Shown here one piece after another: positions 12,080-24,262 of a stretch of DNA of 64,000 nt. The notes under the pieces were generated by a model. That model searched no databases. It saw only the letters and a program-made list of their open reading frames with translations, and was not told where the DNA came from. The position numbers were made by a program, and so were the translations under genes. Within the stretch, counting starts at the first letter, position 1; each line of letters starts with the position of its first letter. Where the stretch lies: contig NC_068989.1 in the NCBI RefSeq assembly GCF_001194135.2, positions 95,359,229-95,423,228 on the forward strand, given 5' to 3'. The DNA is from Octopus bimaculoides. Lineage: Eukaryota.

Positions 12080-12914
12080 TATTGATTTCAAATTTTGGCA
12101 CAAGGTCACCAATTTTGGGAGAGGGTTAAGTCGATTATATTGACATTTTATCAACCATCATGACTACCTTGGCCTTGTGCTAAAATTTTAAACCATTATT
12201 ATTATTATTATTTTCTCATTCTCACAGGTTTTGTTGGAACTCCTGGAGTTTTGCAGAGCAGGCTTGCTACCTGTAGCCTATTGTACCATACAATTTTGCT
12301 TGCAAGAACCACAAAAAATCTGATATGGCCCTCCCAGAGGTTGAGAACCAGTGAACAAAATGAATTCAAAGCTGAACAATTTTCTGCCAGTTGCTTCTTG
12401 TGCTGATACACCAGTTATTTGGTTGACACCAGCAGAAAATACCATCCAAAATGCCCTCAAGTCATTCTTTACAATGCAACTTAGCTGAAAGACTCAACAT
12501 CATCAACAGATAAACACATCTTATCTTCATCACCAACAAGCAAGTCTCCATCTTACAATTTCTAACAAGTTGGTTCTCTTTATTTTCATGACAAACCTTG
12601 GAAAATTTCAGGACAAACCTTATCATGGTGCTTCTTAAATTGTCAGATGAAATAAAAACACAGCTAGAAATTTCCTGAACTTTACTTCAATTCTACAAAC
12701 CATTGTAAAGCCATGATTAAGCTACAAGTTCATGTTTGCAATTCACCTTGACATATTCTGTCAGCCTGTCCACCATCATCACTGAAATTGTTGTCTTTCT
12801 ACACTCACAGCAAATATACAACAACTGTCCAACACTTTTTGCGTGTTTTTCTTTCCAAATGTGACAGACTGATACTTCTCAATTTTTCTTCATAATGCAC
12901 AGACTGTCACACAC

Positions 12915-13035
12915 ACAAAATACCTTCACCACCAGCATCACCAGCATCACCAGCACCAGCACCACCACCAACACCAACACCACCAGCATCACCAGCACCA
13001 GCACCACCACCAACACCAACACCACCACCACAGTC
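12915..13035. repeat. CAC/CAG/AAC low-complexity minisatellite with a duplicated ~42-bp block
   Basis: caccaccagcatcaccagcaccagcaccaccaccaacaccaa occurs twice. Confidence 0.8.
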
Positions 13036-13261
13036 ACCAATGTTCTCTCTAATGTTTTACTATGGATGTGTGCAGAAATGTGTATTGTTTGCAAATTTTG
13101 TCTTTCTTTACAAAGTATGAATACATCCATGTGAGTAACCCATTGCTCAAATTTCTTCTATTAAATTTATCTAATTTCATCTTGAAAACTGTTTTGCACA
13201 TTTTTTTCTTAGTTTTTAAACATATATGCATGCACAAACACACAGCTTAGAAAGAACACTG

Positions 13262-13310
<49 letters not shown>

Positions 13311-14694
13311 GCACACACTCATACTCATGTACACATGCATGTATCGCTTTTCTTCTTCAATTTTTACTGGCTCCTTATAAATTCAAGAGCCTTTTTCAAT
13401 ATTTTATCAATTCATAACTGAACAATTTCACTGATAACATTCTTTAATACATTTTTCTACATTCACAGACATCTTATTGATTCCATAATTTTAATGACCA
13501 AGAACATCTTCCCAACAACAACTTATCAATTGAATTGAACAATTTCTCTTTTCTTTTCTAATTGTTTATTTAATTTGTATTGAATGTTTATTGTTTTATT
13601 TTATTACATTCACTTCCAGCATGAACATGCACGCGCTCTCACCCTGGGTGCTTCATTTTGTTCATTTGTTTTACAACAAACATATAGTGAGGGGATTCTT
13701 GTAGCAGATATCTTCTTCAGTTTTGGACTTGGAATGCTTAAGTGCAAAGTTAGATCTACTTGCCATTAGTGTTTCCACATTTGGTACTGTTGACTACCAC
13801 TAGCTGTGCTACATCCTTGATTTTTATTAACACACCTACTGCCATTTTTTACAGTCAATCATTTTTAACATCCATTTTGATAGATGCTCACAGACTAAAG
13901 AAAAAAAATTAATTTTCACATCTAAAGGCCTAAAAGAAAAGTCTAGAATCTTTTAGCAAGACTATGTAACATATAAACTCTGGAATTTGATTCTCTTGAA
14001 AGAGTTTCTTTATTGCAGCAAAATTCTGTATGCTTTTAGACCCAAATTAATATGACATTTCTTAACTTTCTCTGGCAACACATTCTCTTTTATTACACAA
14101 TAAATTGACAAATTATGGATATTGTTATTTATTGTTATTTAAAAAGATTACTGAAGAATTTTCTTTTGTCTCTGCTTGTCATTACATCTTCCTCGGCAAC
14201 ATTTATAAACATCATAAACACTGATAAAAATTGGTGATGCCAAAGAAGAACAATATAAATTATGAAACATCACACAATAGATTTATAGTGTAGTTAATTT
14301 TGACAGGTTTTGACAAGCAAAAGAGAGTTTTAATTTCCATGCATAAGTGTCTAAAGGAACATGTTAGAACATTTTGCAACCCTTCTTTCATTCCTTGGAA
14401 GAAAGAATCAGTGTAAAAGGGTTCTGCATGATTTGTTCACAGTATGATGGAAGTAATTCTCAGAAAGAAAGTCAATTCTAGTTCTTACTTGGAACTTTAT
14501 TGACCTTGGAAAAATAAAAGACAAAATTGCTTTTGGTGGGATTTGAACTCAAAATTTAAAGAACTGGATCAATCACCATATTGTATGTCTTTAACCCTGA
14601 AATGCAGAGGTTCCCAAATTTTTCCTTCAAGCATACCCTTTCATCATGTGTAGCAGCGTTGCTGGTTAAATACTATAAAACATGCAATATCATT

Positions 14695-14905
14695 TACAAG
14701 GCTGACACAGTCATTTGCACACTGGGAAAAATATTAAGTGGTATTTTATGTCTTCACATTCTGAGTTCAAATCCCACCAAGGTCAACTTTGTCTTTCGTC
14801 CTTTCTGAATCAATAAAATGAGTACCAGTCATGTACTGAGGACAATGTAATCAATCTTCCCCTCCGCCAGAATTGTGACTTTGTGCCAAAATTTGAAATC
14901 AATCT
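14695..14905 (+). mobile_element. Family C tRNA-SINE
   Basis: ttctgagttcaaatcccaccaaggtcaactttgtctttcgtcc...agtaccagt. Confidence 0.8.
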
Positions 14906-15035
14906 AACATACAATATTAGACGCCATTTCACAGATTCCATAAACGAGTTGATGTATTATTATTCGTTAATTGTATTTAGAAGTTCGAATTTCATGCAGT
15001 TCTTTCTTTCTTTTTAATAAATACTGTTTAAGGTT

Positions 15036-15195
15036 TTGTGGTTTTGTGGTTGAGAAGTTCGCTTCCCAGCCAAATGGTTTTGAGTTCAGTCTCACTGTGT
15101 GACACCTTTGGGTAAGTGCTTTTACTTATAGCCCTGGGCTAAACAAAGCCTTATAAGTGGATTTGGTAGACAGAAGCTGAAAGAAGCCATTTGAA
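15036..15195 (+). mobile_element. Family B tRNA-SINE head, then (TG)n and (GAT/GAC)n to ~15445
   Basis: gtggttgagaagttcgcttcccagcc...gagttcagtc...aaagccttataagtggatttggtagacagaagctgaaagaagcc. Confidence 0.8.
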
Positions 15196-15370
15196 TGTGT
15201 GTGTATGTATGTCTGTCTGTGTGTGTGTGCATGCATCTGTGTGTGTGTGTATGTGTGTATGTGTGTGTGTCTGTGTGTCTGTGTGTGTGTGTGCATGCTT
15301 CTGTGTATGATGCTGACAATGACGACGACGACAATGGCGATAATGATGATGATGATGATGATGGTGGTGG

Positions 15371-15430
<60 letters not shown>

Positions 15431-16260
15431 CGACAATGACAGCAATGGTGATTTTGGTTATGATTGATTCACGGAATCCTTGTGTGTACCTACATCTGGT
15501 GTCTTATTATCTTGTCTGTTAATGTAGAAACACATTTATATATCCCAGTAACACTTTTGATCCTGACAAACTGCAAGAGAAGCATATTTAAATGCTTTCA
15601 AGCGACTAGAAGCCTACGGGGCTACATAACAAAATTTTTTTGTGGTTTTTGTGAATCCAGGAAAGATTGAGGAATTTCTGGGAAATATTGATTTTTGCTA
15701 ATGGCATTGTATTACCTTTCAGTTTTGAGAAAAATGAAAATCTCTTTTAAATGTTTTGTAATCCTTAATGCCTTTTTTTTTTTAAAATCAGTAAACACTT
15801 TGTTTTCCTGTCGAGTTAATAGGCAAGATTGAGCTAGCTAAGGTTCGTTTGGTGAAAAGTGTGGAAGAGGTTTTCGTTTTTTCTTTATTGTCCTTGGTTT
15901 TTGTTTGATAGTGAAGAAAAGAGCAACAAATGATGGTATTCTTGGTTTGGTTAGGGGCAAATAAAAAGCCAAAAAAAAAAAGAAAGAAAAACGTGGTTCA
16001 TAGTTTGTTAATTATAGTTTGAGTAAATGAAAGGAAATGGGAATCAACCGCTGGCTTACTGGAAAGCCAATGCCACTGCTGAGCTTTCATGGCAAAGAAT
16101 TGATTAATCCTGGAAGAGGATCCAGTGATCCAGTATTTTAGAAGAACTTTGCAGAACTGCTGTTGTTTTTGATAGAAATACTTTTATCTTATTTGAATTC
16201 AAACTGTTTATCATTGTGTAAAATGTGACATGTTGTATGGAAGAGAAATTTGTCTGGTGA

Positions 16261-16303
<43 letters not shown>

Positions 16304-16877
16304 AATTCCTGAGATGTAAAATATTGCTGCTGTAGTGGCAGACGATTGTAACTTAGTTGAGATAATGCTAGAAATATTGGTTAATGCATGCAAATGTAAT
16401 GAATGCATTGATAAGGATGACATGTAATTCAAACAAATGAGGCATGCTGAGAGGAAAACGTGCTTTTAGATGGCAGTAGAAGGTACCCAAGTGGATAGAG
16501 ATGAAGTAAAGTTTGGGTGGCTGAAGTACTTACGTCCTTTTGTGACCATATGTCTAATGAAATGCACAGTCTATGAGTTTCAATTAACTTTGAAAATCAT
16601 TAAGAGTTTAACGGGATTTAGTAAACTTTGTTACAATTAGAATCTTTTGGATCCATTGCTTAACAAAACTTTCTTTCTCAAAATTTTGGCAAAAGGTTTT
16701 GTTTTTTTTTTAATCTTGTTTCATCAAAAAGGTAACTGCTTCAGGTGAGTTGATGACAAAAGGATTGATCTGGGCCTGAGAAGTTCGAATTTCTCACAAG
16801 GAATGAAAAATATTTAGATTCACGCAAAAATGCTGCATCAAGACGGATGCAAAACAATCTTACATCTTTTTTGTATA

Positions 16878-17500
16878 TTTACTTGTTTCAGTTTTTAAAC
16901 TGTGGCTATGCTAGAGCACCAGCTTGAAGGGTTTAGTTGAATAAATTGGCCTCAACCTTTATTTTTCAGTCTGGTGCTTATTCTGCAGGCTTCTTTGGCC
17001 AAACAGCTAAATTGCTGGGATGTAAACAAACTAACACCAGTTGTCAAGCAGTGGGAAGGAAGAAACATATAGGCATATATATTCATACATATATATTTAT
17101 ACATATATACAATCACACACATATACATACAATATGATAGGCTTCCACACAGTTTTCATCTACCGAATTCACTCAGTAAGTGCTAAAGAATGCTGAGTCT
17201 CCCAGATTCTCAATCCACAGCAAATGGGTGTTTAAACAAAACGCATTCACTATGTATGTGCAACCGGTAATGTCTACATTACTAGGGCTGCTTTTAATTT
17301 GTCATAGACAGACAGACAGGCAGATAAATTGACAGACAGATATGCATACATGCGTGACAGGCTTCTTACCGTTTCCATCTACCAAATTCACTCACAGCCC
17401 AGGTCTACAATAGAAAGCTCTAACCCAAAGATACCACCACACAGTGGGAGTGAACCCTTAGTCATGTGATTCGGATAGGGACGTCTTAACCCCCACTACC
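16878..17500 (-). mobile_element. Cluster of family B SINE pieces (16878-17057, 17135-17190, 17358-17500)
   Basis: Reverse-complement matches to the 63556 copy. Confidence 0.7.
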
Positions 17501-17982
17501 AAGCCTGAACCGATTATCCTTGCCTGCACTTATCATAATATTTAAAATGTTGAAAAGAATTTTTAAAAATCAGCATCACATGATTCTAAATTCAGCCTGA
17601 GTTCATTATAAATGATTTTAATCTATAGATTCTGTTATTAAATAAAGCACATCTACAAATAACTTTAATATCTAAAACAGGGATGGATACCTTTGTGTTT
17701 ATGGAGAGAAAATAGTTTTCCAGTTTAAAGATTGTCAAGATATACTTGTTATTTGCCAGAATCTTACTTTTACCATTTCCACTGGTGTAAATAGAATTGC
17801 TATATTTCTATTTTGACCTTTGGGGTTTTGAAAATAAATATAAATAAAATATTCAAACCAAAATATATAAAAAGAAAATTCTTTGGTCTGTTTTGTGTCA
17901 TCTAAATTGAAAATACTCAGGTGAATTGCTATTTTTATTGCAAGGAAGAATAAGTGAAAGTTAAAAAAAAGTTTACATCCAT

Positions 17983-18017
<35 letters not shown>

Positions 18018-18284
18018 GTGTGCGTGCATGCATGTGTGCTGGGTATATCTATATATGCTACAGAATAATATAGGATATTCAAATACTTTCCAGAACATAG
18101 TGAATACATAAATCACCTAATACCAAATCAACAACCTTACAAACCATGAACCGAGTCTCAAATCAGTCATTCGACCCACTAAAATTTTCAAACAGAAAAA
18201 AATTGAAGTCATTCCAAGACTTATTCTAAAATTCTGCCTTTCCTACATTTTCTTAAAGTCTTGAATATTCTATAAACAAACAGG

Positions 18285-18480
18285 AGTTGTACTGAAAGTA
18301 ACGCCAAAGTGGTCAGAACTTTTTTATTTAGTGACAAAGAACATTCAAATTACAGATATTGGTAGAGTAACTTTTCCGCTACAGTAATTCTTCTTCCATT
18401 ATCACTGAGTTTGCCAGAAAGGAGAGGCGCCAGTTGTCTGACATCCACAGAAGGCTGCAGATTGTTTACAGAGATTACAC
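18285..18480 (+). mobile_element. Mariner 5' end and N-terminal HTH remnant
   Basis: IITEFARKERRQLSDIHRRLQIVYRD resembles mariner VIEFLxxE...DIHRRLQxVYGD; upstream gtactgaaagtaacgcc resembles a mariner TIR. Confidence 0.55.
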
Positions 18481-18562
18481 TGGAGCAAAAATTCTTCTCT
18501 CTTTGTTTTACTTCTGTGTATTGGGTTTCATTATGTAAAGTTTGTCTTTGAAACACTAGTAT

Positions 18563-18708
18563 GGCTATGCGGTTAATAAGTTTATTCCCAACTACATGGT
18601 TTCAGGTTCAGTCTGGTGCAGCCATCTGGTTCGCCAGTCCTCAGTCAAATCGTCCAACCCATGCTAGCATGGGAAGCAGACGTTAAACGATGATGATGAT
18701 GATGATGA

Positions 18709-18710
<2 letters not shown>
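18563..18710 (+). mobile_element. Family B SINE head joined to a family A 3' tail
   Basis: B head ends ...ggtttcaggttcagtc and continues directly into ctggtgcagccatctgg...cgtccaacccatgctagcatgg...(GAT)n. Confidence 0.7.
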
Positions 18711-18742
<32 letters not shown>

Positions 18743-18883
18743 CATATATATATACATATATATTATTTTTAAGGTTGTTTCTACAGATAGTCTTTAGAAA
18801 TTATAACCAGCACTGATTTTTGCTACGTTTTGTATTGAGACATGAGATGTAAACAAGCAATGAGATCAGAGACAAATGTGGGT

Positions 18884-18936
18884 AATGAGTGTATATGCAT
18901 ATTTCGGGGGTTGTTGCCCATTCATCAGCACCCATC
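18884..18936 (-). ncRNA. Type I hammerhead ribozyme, core intact
   Basis: 5'-GAUGGGUG CUGAUGA AU GGG CAACAACC CCC GAAA UAU GC AUA UA^CACUCAUU-3'. Stem I has 8 bp (6 WC + 2 G.U); stem III is the palindrome AUAUGCAUAU; all conserved core bases are present. Confidence 0.8.
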
Positions 18937-19167
18937 TAAACTGTGTCTATAGGATGTGGTACTAACTTATAGAAACACTTGGTATACTTCATAGTATATT
19001 GTGTTTGCATAATGAAGTGCCACATACCTACAAACCGTTAATATGTATTTATGCGTGTGTGTCAAAACCATAATGATATCCGTGGGGCAGCTGATGATGG
19101 AGGTATGTTGGATTGCTGGTATGCCTGTTTTTGTATATGTAGAATAGAATTATAACACAATCTTTTG

Positions 19168-19204
<37 letters not shown>

Positions 19205-19446
19205 TATGTATATGTATGTATGTCTAATGAACCTTATAAATTTATAAATCTTAAGGGCTATTTATATTTGTCATGCAATCACTAAAGATTTTTAAAGCAG
19301 GATCTGACATATGTCCTATATTATTTAATAACTGTGTTACCTTTAAGAAACATTTTAAAATTATCTAAATGAAAATTTTGCTTCTCTTAAGCTTTCTTTC
19401 ACCTCTGAGTTATTTGCAATGAGTGGAGGACAACAAAATCATAGCA

Positions 19447-19518
19447 CTGGTGTGCCATCCTAGTGTGCCATTCTGGTGTGCCATCCTGGTGTGCCATCCT
19501 GGTGTGCCATCCTGGTGT
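19447..19518. repeat. 13-bp minisatellite CTGGTGTGCCATC x ~5.5
   Basis: Direct reading; three perfect consecutive units. Confidence 0.9.
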
Positions 19519-19755
19519 TGTTGATCACTGTGGCGCAAAACATAACAACCAAAAATACAAGTTTTACATGCCATATGGCAAATCTCTTGACCAAAATATA
19601 AACAAACTGTACAAATGAAAGAAGATTAAATTCTTATAACGTAGTTTATTTATAATAATTTTATATGTGTGTGAATAAATAGATATATCGCATATCATCA
19701 TCATCATTTATATATACATATTACATCATGTATATATATGTATATATATATATAT

Positions 19756-19938
19756 CCGTTGACTGAACACTATTCAATTTTTTTTCTCCGTGTTTTTCTC
19801 CTTGTCTCCGTATTCTTTCTGTTGAAGAGCGTAGCTCGAAACGTCAAAGACTTTCCGTATTCCCGAGCGTCATACTAATATATACTTTTGTTATTTACAC
19901 CACCTGTCCTCGTCTGTTGTTATTATTTGTATATTCTC

Positions 19939-19940
<2 letters not shown>
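19756..19940 (+). mobile_element. ~185-bp hammerhead-bearing element embedded in (TA)n
   Basis: (TA)n on both sides; contains UCUUU CUGUUGA A GAGC GUA GCUC GAAA CGUC^AAAGA (19814-19850), with 5-bp stem I, 4-bp stem II and ACGU palindrome; A6 is replaced by U. Confidence 0.7.
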
Positions 19941-20026
<86 letters not shown>

Positions 20027-20701
20027 ACAAATACATATATGTGTGTGTACATATGTGTGTGTGTGTGTGTTGTGTGTGTGTGATGGGCTTCCACACAATT
20101 TCAATCAAATTCAACCCTCAAGGCAGTGACTTTTGTCAACTAGAAGATATAGCAGAGATACTTGCTTAAGGTGCCACTGCAAAGAAATCAACCACGGGCC
20201 TACATGTTTGGGGATCAAATAATGTGAGCCATGAACCTGTTCAGGCCTCTAAACATTCATTTGTCAACTTTGCTGACATTTGAGCCATTAAATATTCATT
20301 CCTTATCACGTTTTGGGATCTACACTGTAGGTGAACTGGCTGAGGGTATCTCAGTGCCTTTACCTTGAGGACGACAGTTCAGTTGTAATTGATAAGGCAT
20401 TATGAAAATCTAGATTTGCCAGAAAGGCCAACTAATACATCCATCTGCTGAGCAATTCGTTCATAAAGAAACAGCATTTATTCATGACTATAGTATCTGT
20501 TACTATCTGGAATTACCAGACACACAGAGTGACAATAAAAATATCAACTAAGAAATTAATGAGTGTACAACAAAAGAATTCAGTGTAGCTTGGGGTCATC
20601 TCAGCAAGACTATTTTACATTGGGCTGTCTGTCTCCCCATCACCACCACTTCAATCTCTCCTGAAGAGAGAGGGAGAGAGAGACAGACAGTGTTTGGCAG
20701 A

Positions 20702-20740
<39 letters not shown>

Positions 20741-20947
20741 TAAATACACACTGTCTCTTTCTTTCACCAAGAGCAAATGTAATCTACTAGAGTAAATCTA
20801 TACAATATCACTTCTATCAGTTTAATCTAAACTATTTTCTGCTAATATATTCTGATCAGACCCAGATAACACCAGTTTCCCTGCTGTTTCACTATTTTGT
20901 CATTTTCTCAGACTTTCATATTTTGATTCCTGAAAAATCAAAAATGT

Positions 20948-21100
20948 GAGGCCACACAGGTGTGGTTAAGAAATTTATTTCCTAAGGTCTACAGTTTTTG
21001 GTTCCATCCTCATTGTGCTGTATTATGGGCAAGTTCCTTCTTCTATTGCCCCAGGGTGGCTGAGTGTAGTTGGTGGACAGAGATTTGGTAGGAGTTCATC
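20948..21100 (+). mobile_element. Family B SINE head, diverged
   Basis: gtgtggttaagaaatttatttcc...gggcaagttccttcttctattgcccc. Confidence 0.55.
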
Positions 21101-21479
21101 ATACAAACATCCATTTGAAACTCTCTTGTTCAAGTTTGTGATCATGGAATCAATAACATAATTAGGATAATTAATGAACTTGAGGAGAGAAATGAAATAA
21201 GAACTGATACAGATTTCTCCCTAACGAGCATTGCTAGAATTTATTCATCAGAAGGACAAAATAATTTTAAAAAATGAACCAGTTCACTGAGAAGACAGTA
21301 CATGGGTACTTGGCATGAAAAACACAAACCATACAAGGGGTTGATCCTGTCAAAAGCTTGACATGGAGTACAGACAAGCTTATTGACATCCCATTTTGAA
21401 GGCTACATCCATGCAATCTAAAAACAAGAGATCCCCACCAAGTACTTACTGCAAATGAGGCAGAAAATGTTCACAGACA

Positions 21480-21650
21480 ACAAATGTTCTCTACATGATT
21501 AGAGATCAGCAATTCTTGATGCAACTCTTCTCATTCCTATGCATTCCATGACAACACCAGTGCAGTCTTCTCTCTTGCATTCTACATTTGATGCTACGTT
21601 TACCCAATTTTGCCTTCAGATCACTTATACACACTGACATTACCCATCCA
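21480..21650 (-). mobile_element. RTE-clade LINE 3' fragment
   Basis: LKAKLGKRSIKCRMQERRLHWCCHGMHRNEKSCIKNC corresponds to RTE LREKLGIRSI...QERRLRWYGHVxRM...CVKKC. Confidence 0.7.
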
Positions 21651-23067
21651 GCGAAGCATGCTGGCTTCATTTCTTGTGATGATGACGATGACAACAACGA
21701 CGCCGATGATGACGACGACGACGACAATGACATCGATGACAAATTTCTGTTGGTTTTCTTTTATTTGTAGCCTAACTTTCCCTCTAACTGCAAATTTGAA
21801 AGCCACCTCTTTATATGACACTTGTAATTAGTTCTTTAGAGTAATTACAGTTGTGTTTGGAACCTAGAAATAAACAAAAAAAAAATGGAAAAATCAAAAA
21901 CAATAAAAAATAATGGTGAGAGAGCAAATTGTGGAAAATCTGCTTCTTTCACATTTGATTAGAAGTTTTATGAATAATTGAAATAATACAGGCCTANNNN
22001 NNNNNNNNNNNNNNNNNNNNNNNNNNNNNNNNNNNNNNNNNNNNNNNNNNNNNNNNNNNNNNNNNNNNNNNNNNNNNNNNNNNNNNNNNNNNNNNNNNNN
22101 NNNNNNNNNNNNNNNNNNNNNNNNNNNNNNNNNNNNNNNNNNNNNNNNNNNNNNNNNNNNNNNNNNNNNNNNNNNNNNNNNNNNNNNNNNNNNNNNNNNN
22201 NNNNNNNNNNNNNNNNNNNNNNNNNNNNNNNNNNNNNNNNNNNNNNNNNNNNNNNNNNNNNNNNNNNNNNNNNNNNNNNNNNNNNNNNNNNNNNNNNNNN
22301 NNNNNNNNNNNNNNNNNNNNNNNNNNNNNNNNNNNNNNNNNNNNNNNNNNNNNNNNNNNNNNNNNNNNNNNNNNNNNNNNNNNNNNNNNNNNNNNNNNNN
22401 NNNNNNNNNNNNNNNNNNNNNNNNNNNNNNNNNNNNNNNNNNNNNNNNNNNNNNNNNNNNNNNNNNNNNNNNNNNNNNNNNNNNNNNNNNNNNNNNNNNN
22501 NNNNNNNNNNNNNNNNNNNNNNNNNNNNNNNNNNNNNNNNNNNNNNNNNNNNNNNNNNNNNNNNNNNNNNNNNNNNNNNNNNNNNNNNNNNNNNNNNNNN
22601 NNNNNNNNNNNNNNNNNNNNNNNNNNNNNNNNNNNNNNNNNNNNNNNNNNNNNNNNNNNNNNNNNNNNNNNNNNNNNNNNNNNNNNNNNNNNNNNNNNNN
22701 NNNNNNNNNNNNNNNNNNNNNNTATATATATATATATATATACATTACATACATACATGCATATATATATATATATATATATATATAATTGAATAAATGA
22801 TTGCATAATGAAGTGCCTGCATGCCTGGATAACTACGTTGGATAGAAACAATTGTAGTGACTGAAAAATAATAAATGTCCGATCGTACTCCTTCTTGTTG
22901 AGTCCAAGTTTTTTAAAGTTATCTTTTCACACATGACAGACGTCCAGACACAAATCTGGAATTATGCATAATACTACTACTGGTTAGCAGAGGGCAAATC
23001 TGATGTAAATCTGATGGTGGACGAGCTTTATAATGCACTCTATTACATTCTTAACAGAATATACCAC

Positions 23068-23171
<104 letters not shown>

Positions 23172-23364
23172 CTGTGTCTGTGCGTGTGCAATTTATTTAT
23201 GACAGAATTTAAAAACTACTCATTGGAATTTGACGACAACAGTTGTACATGTGTGGTGTTTAAAAAATGTAAGGTTTTAAGCAATTGTAAACAAACCACC
23301 ACCATTTGCATGATTTTCACAAACTTTCAGGGTTTCAAATTATTAGGGAGTGGTTTGATAATCA

Positions 23365-23740
23365 TGTAATTATGGGCCGTAAATGTGATTAAACTGCTTC
23401 GGAGAAATCTCTTGTTACTTCTGAACTTGCAGAAGGTAAATCAACATTAGAAATATCTAAAATAATTGGAAGATATCATCAATCTGTGAAAAGATTTGTT
23501 ACAGCTCCTATGAAGATATGTAAGAGAGTCAACAGGGGTCAGTCAGGGGCTGTTTCTCAACCTTCTATGTCAAGAATTAAGCATGAAACTATAAAGAAGC
23601 CAAGTCTTACAAGGGAAGAACTTTGCAGGTACATTGGCGAAACAACCATTTGTAGAACTACGCAATGTTGTCTTTTGAAAATATTCAGTAAACCAGTGAC
23701 ATCAGTTAAAAAGCCTCCTTTAAACAAAAAAATACATGCA
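23365..23740 (+). mobile_element. Tc1-like transposase N-terminal (paired/HTH) remnant
   Basis: MGRKCD*TASEKS...LAEGKSTLEISKIIGRYHQSVKRFV...SRIKHETIKKP...KKPPLNKK matches Tc1 MGxKRDL...STLEIAKxLGRDHRTIKRFV...RPPLNK. Confidence 0.8.
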
Positions 23741-24170
23741 AATCATCAAAATTATGCTGCTTTAGCCTTTGATGGTGCATGTACCATGAGTGGAAACATT
23801 TCAGGCATACAAAAGAGATTAAAAGACATGTTTCCTAGTATGCATTTTGTACACTGTGGAAACCAGTCTCTGGACCTTGTCCTCGAAGAAGTTGGATCTA
23901 TGGTTGCGATGGTCACTGATGCATTGAACTTTGTTCACCAAATCACCATTCTTCTGAGAAATGTTATCATGTTGCAAGTCTGTATCTGTTGCATCAAGCG
24001 AGAGAATGTCCATCCCACATGGAGTCATCATTGTGACTCCAAGCCACAATGATGCAGCATCGTCCAACTCACTGTGCTGTAATGCATGAACATAAAATTT
24101 TGTGCAACACAAACACTTTGGACATCCTCTTGAAAAACCTCATTGCCAAAACGAGCGAGTATAGAAACAT
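23741..24170 (+). mobile_element. hAT transposase fragment (ZMYM1/THAP12-like group)
   Basis: AFDGACTMSGNISGIQKRLKDMFPSMHFVHCGNQSLDLVL corresponds to the hAT motif YDGAxxMSGxxxGVQ...VHCxAHxLNLVL. Confidence 0.8.
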
Positions 24171-24203
24171 TTTTGAAGTGATTTGAAGTATTACTTTTCC
24201 ATG

Positions 24204-24262
<59 letters not shown>

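Noticed and set aside
13620-13769. Plus-strand exon-like segment after TTCCAG
   Set aside because: No convincing donor, no recognisable product, and no phase-linked neighbour.
18350-18556. Coding-looking minus ORF (VISVNNLQPSVDVRQLAPLLSGK...)
   Set aside because: It is the antisense register of the mariner HTH remnant on the plus strand.
20365-20455. Minus-strand segment with a strong CAAG|GTAAAG donor
   Set aside because: All three frames contain stops after the nearest acceptors; no support for a coding exon.
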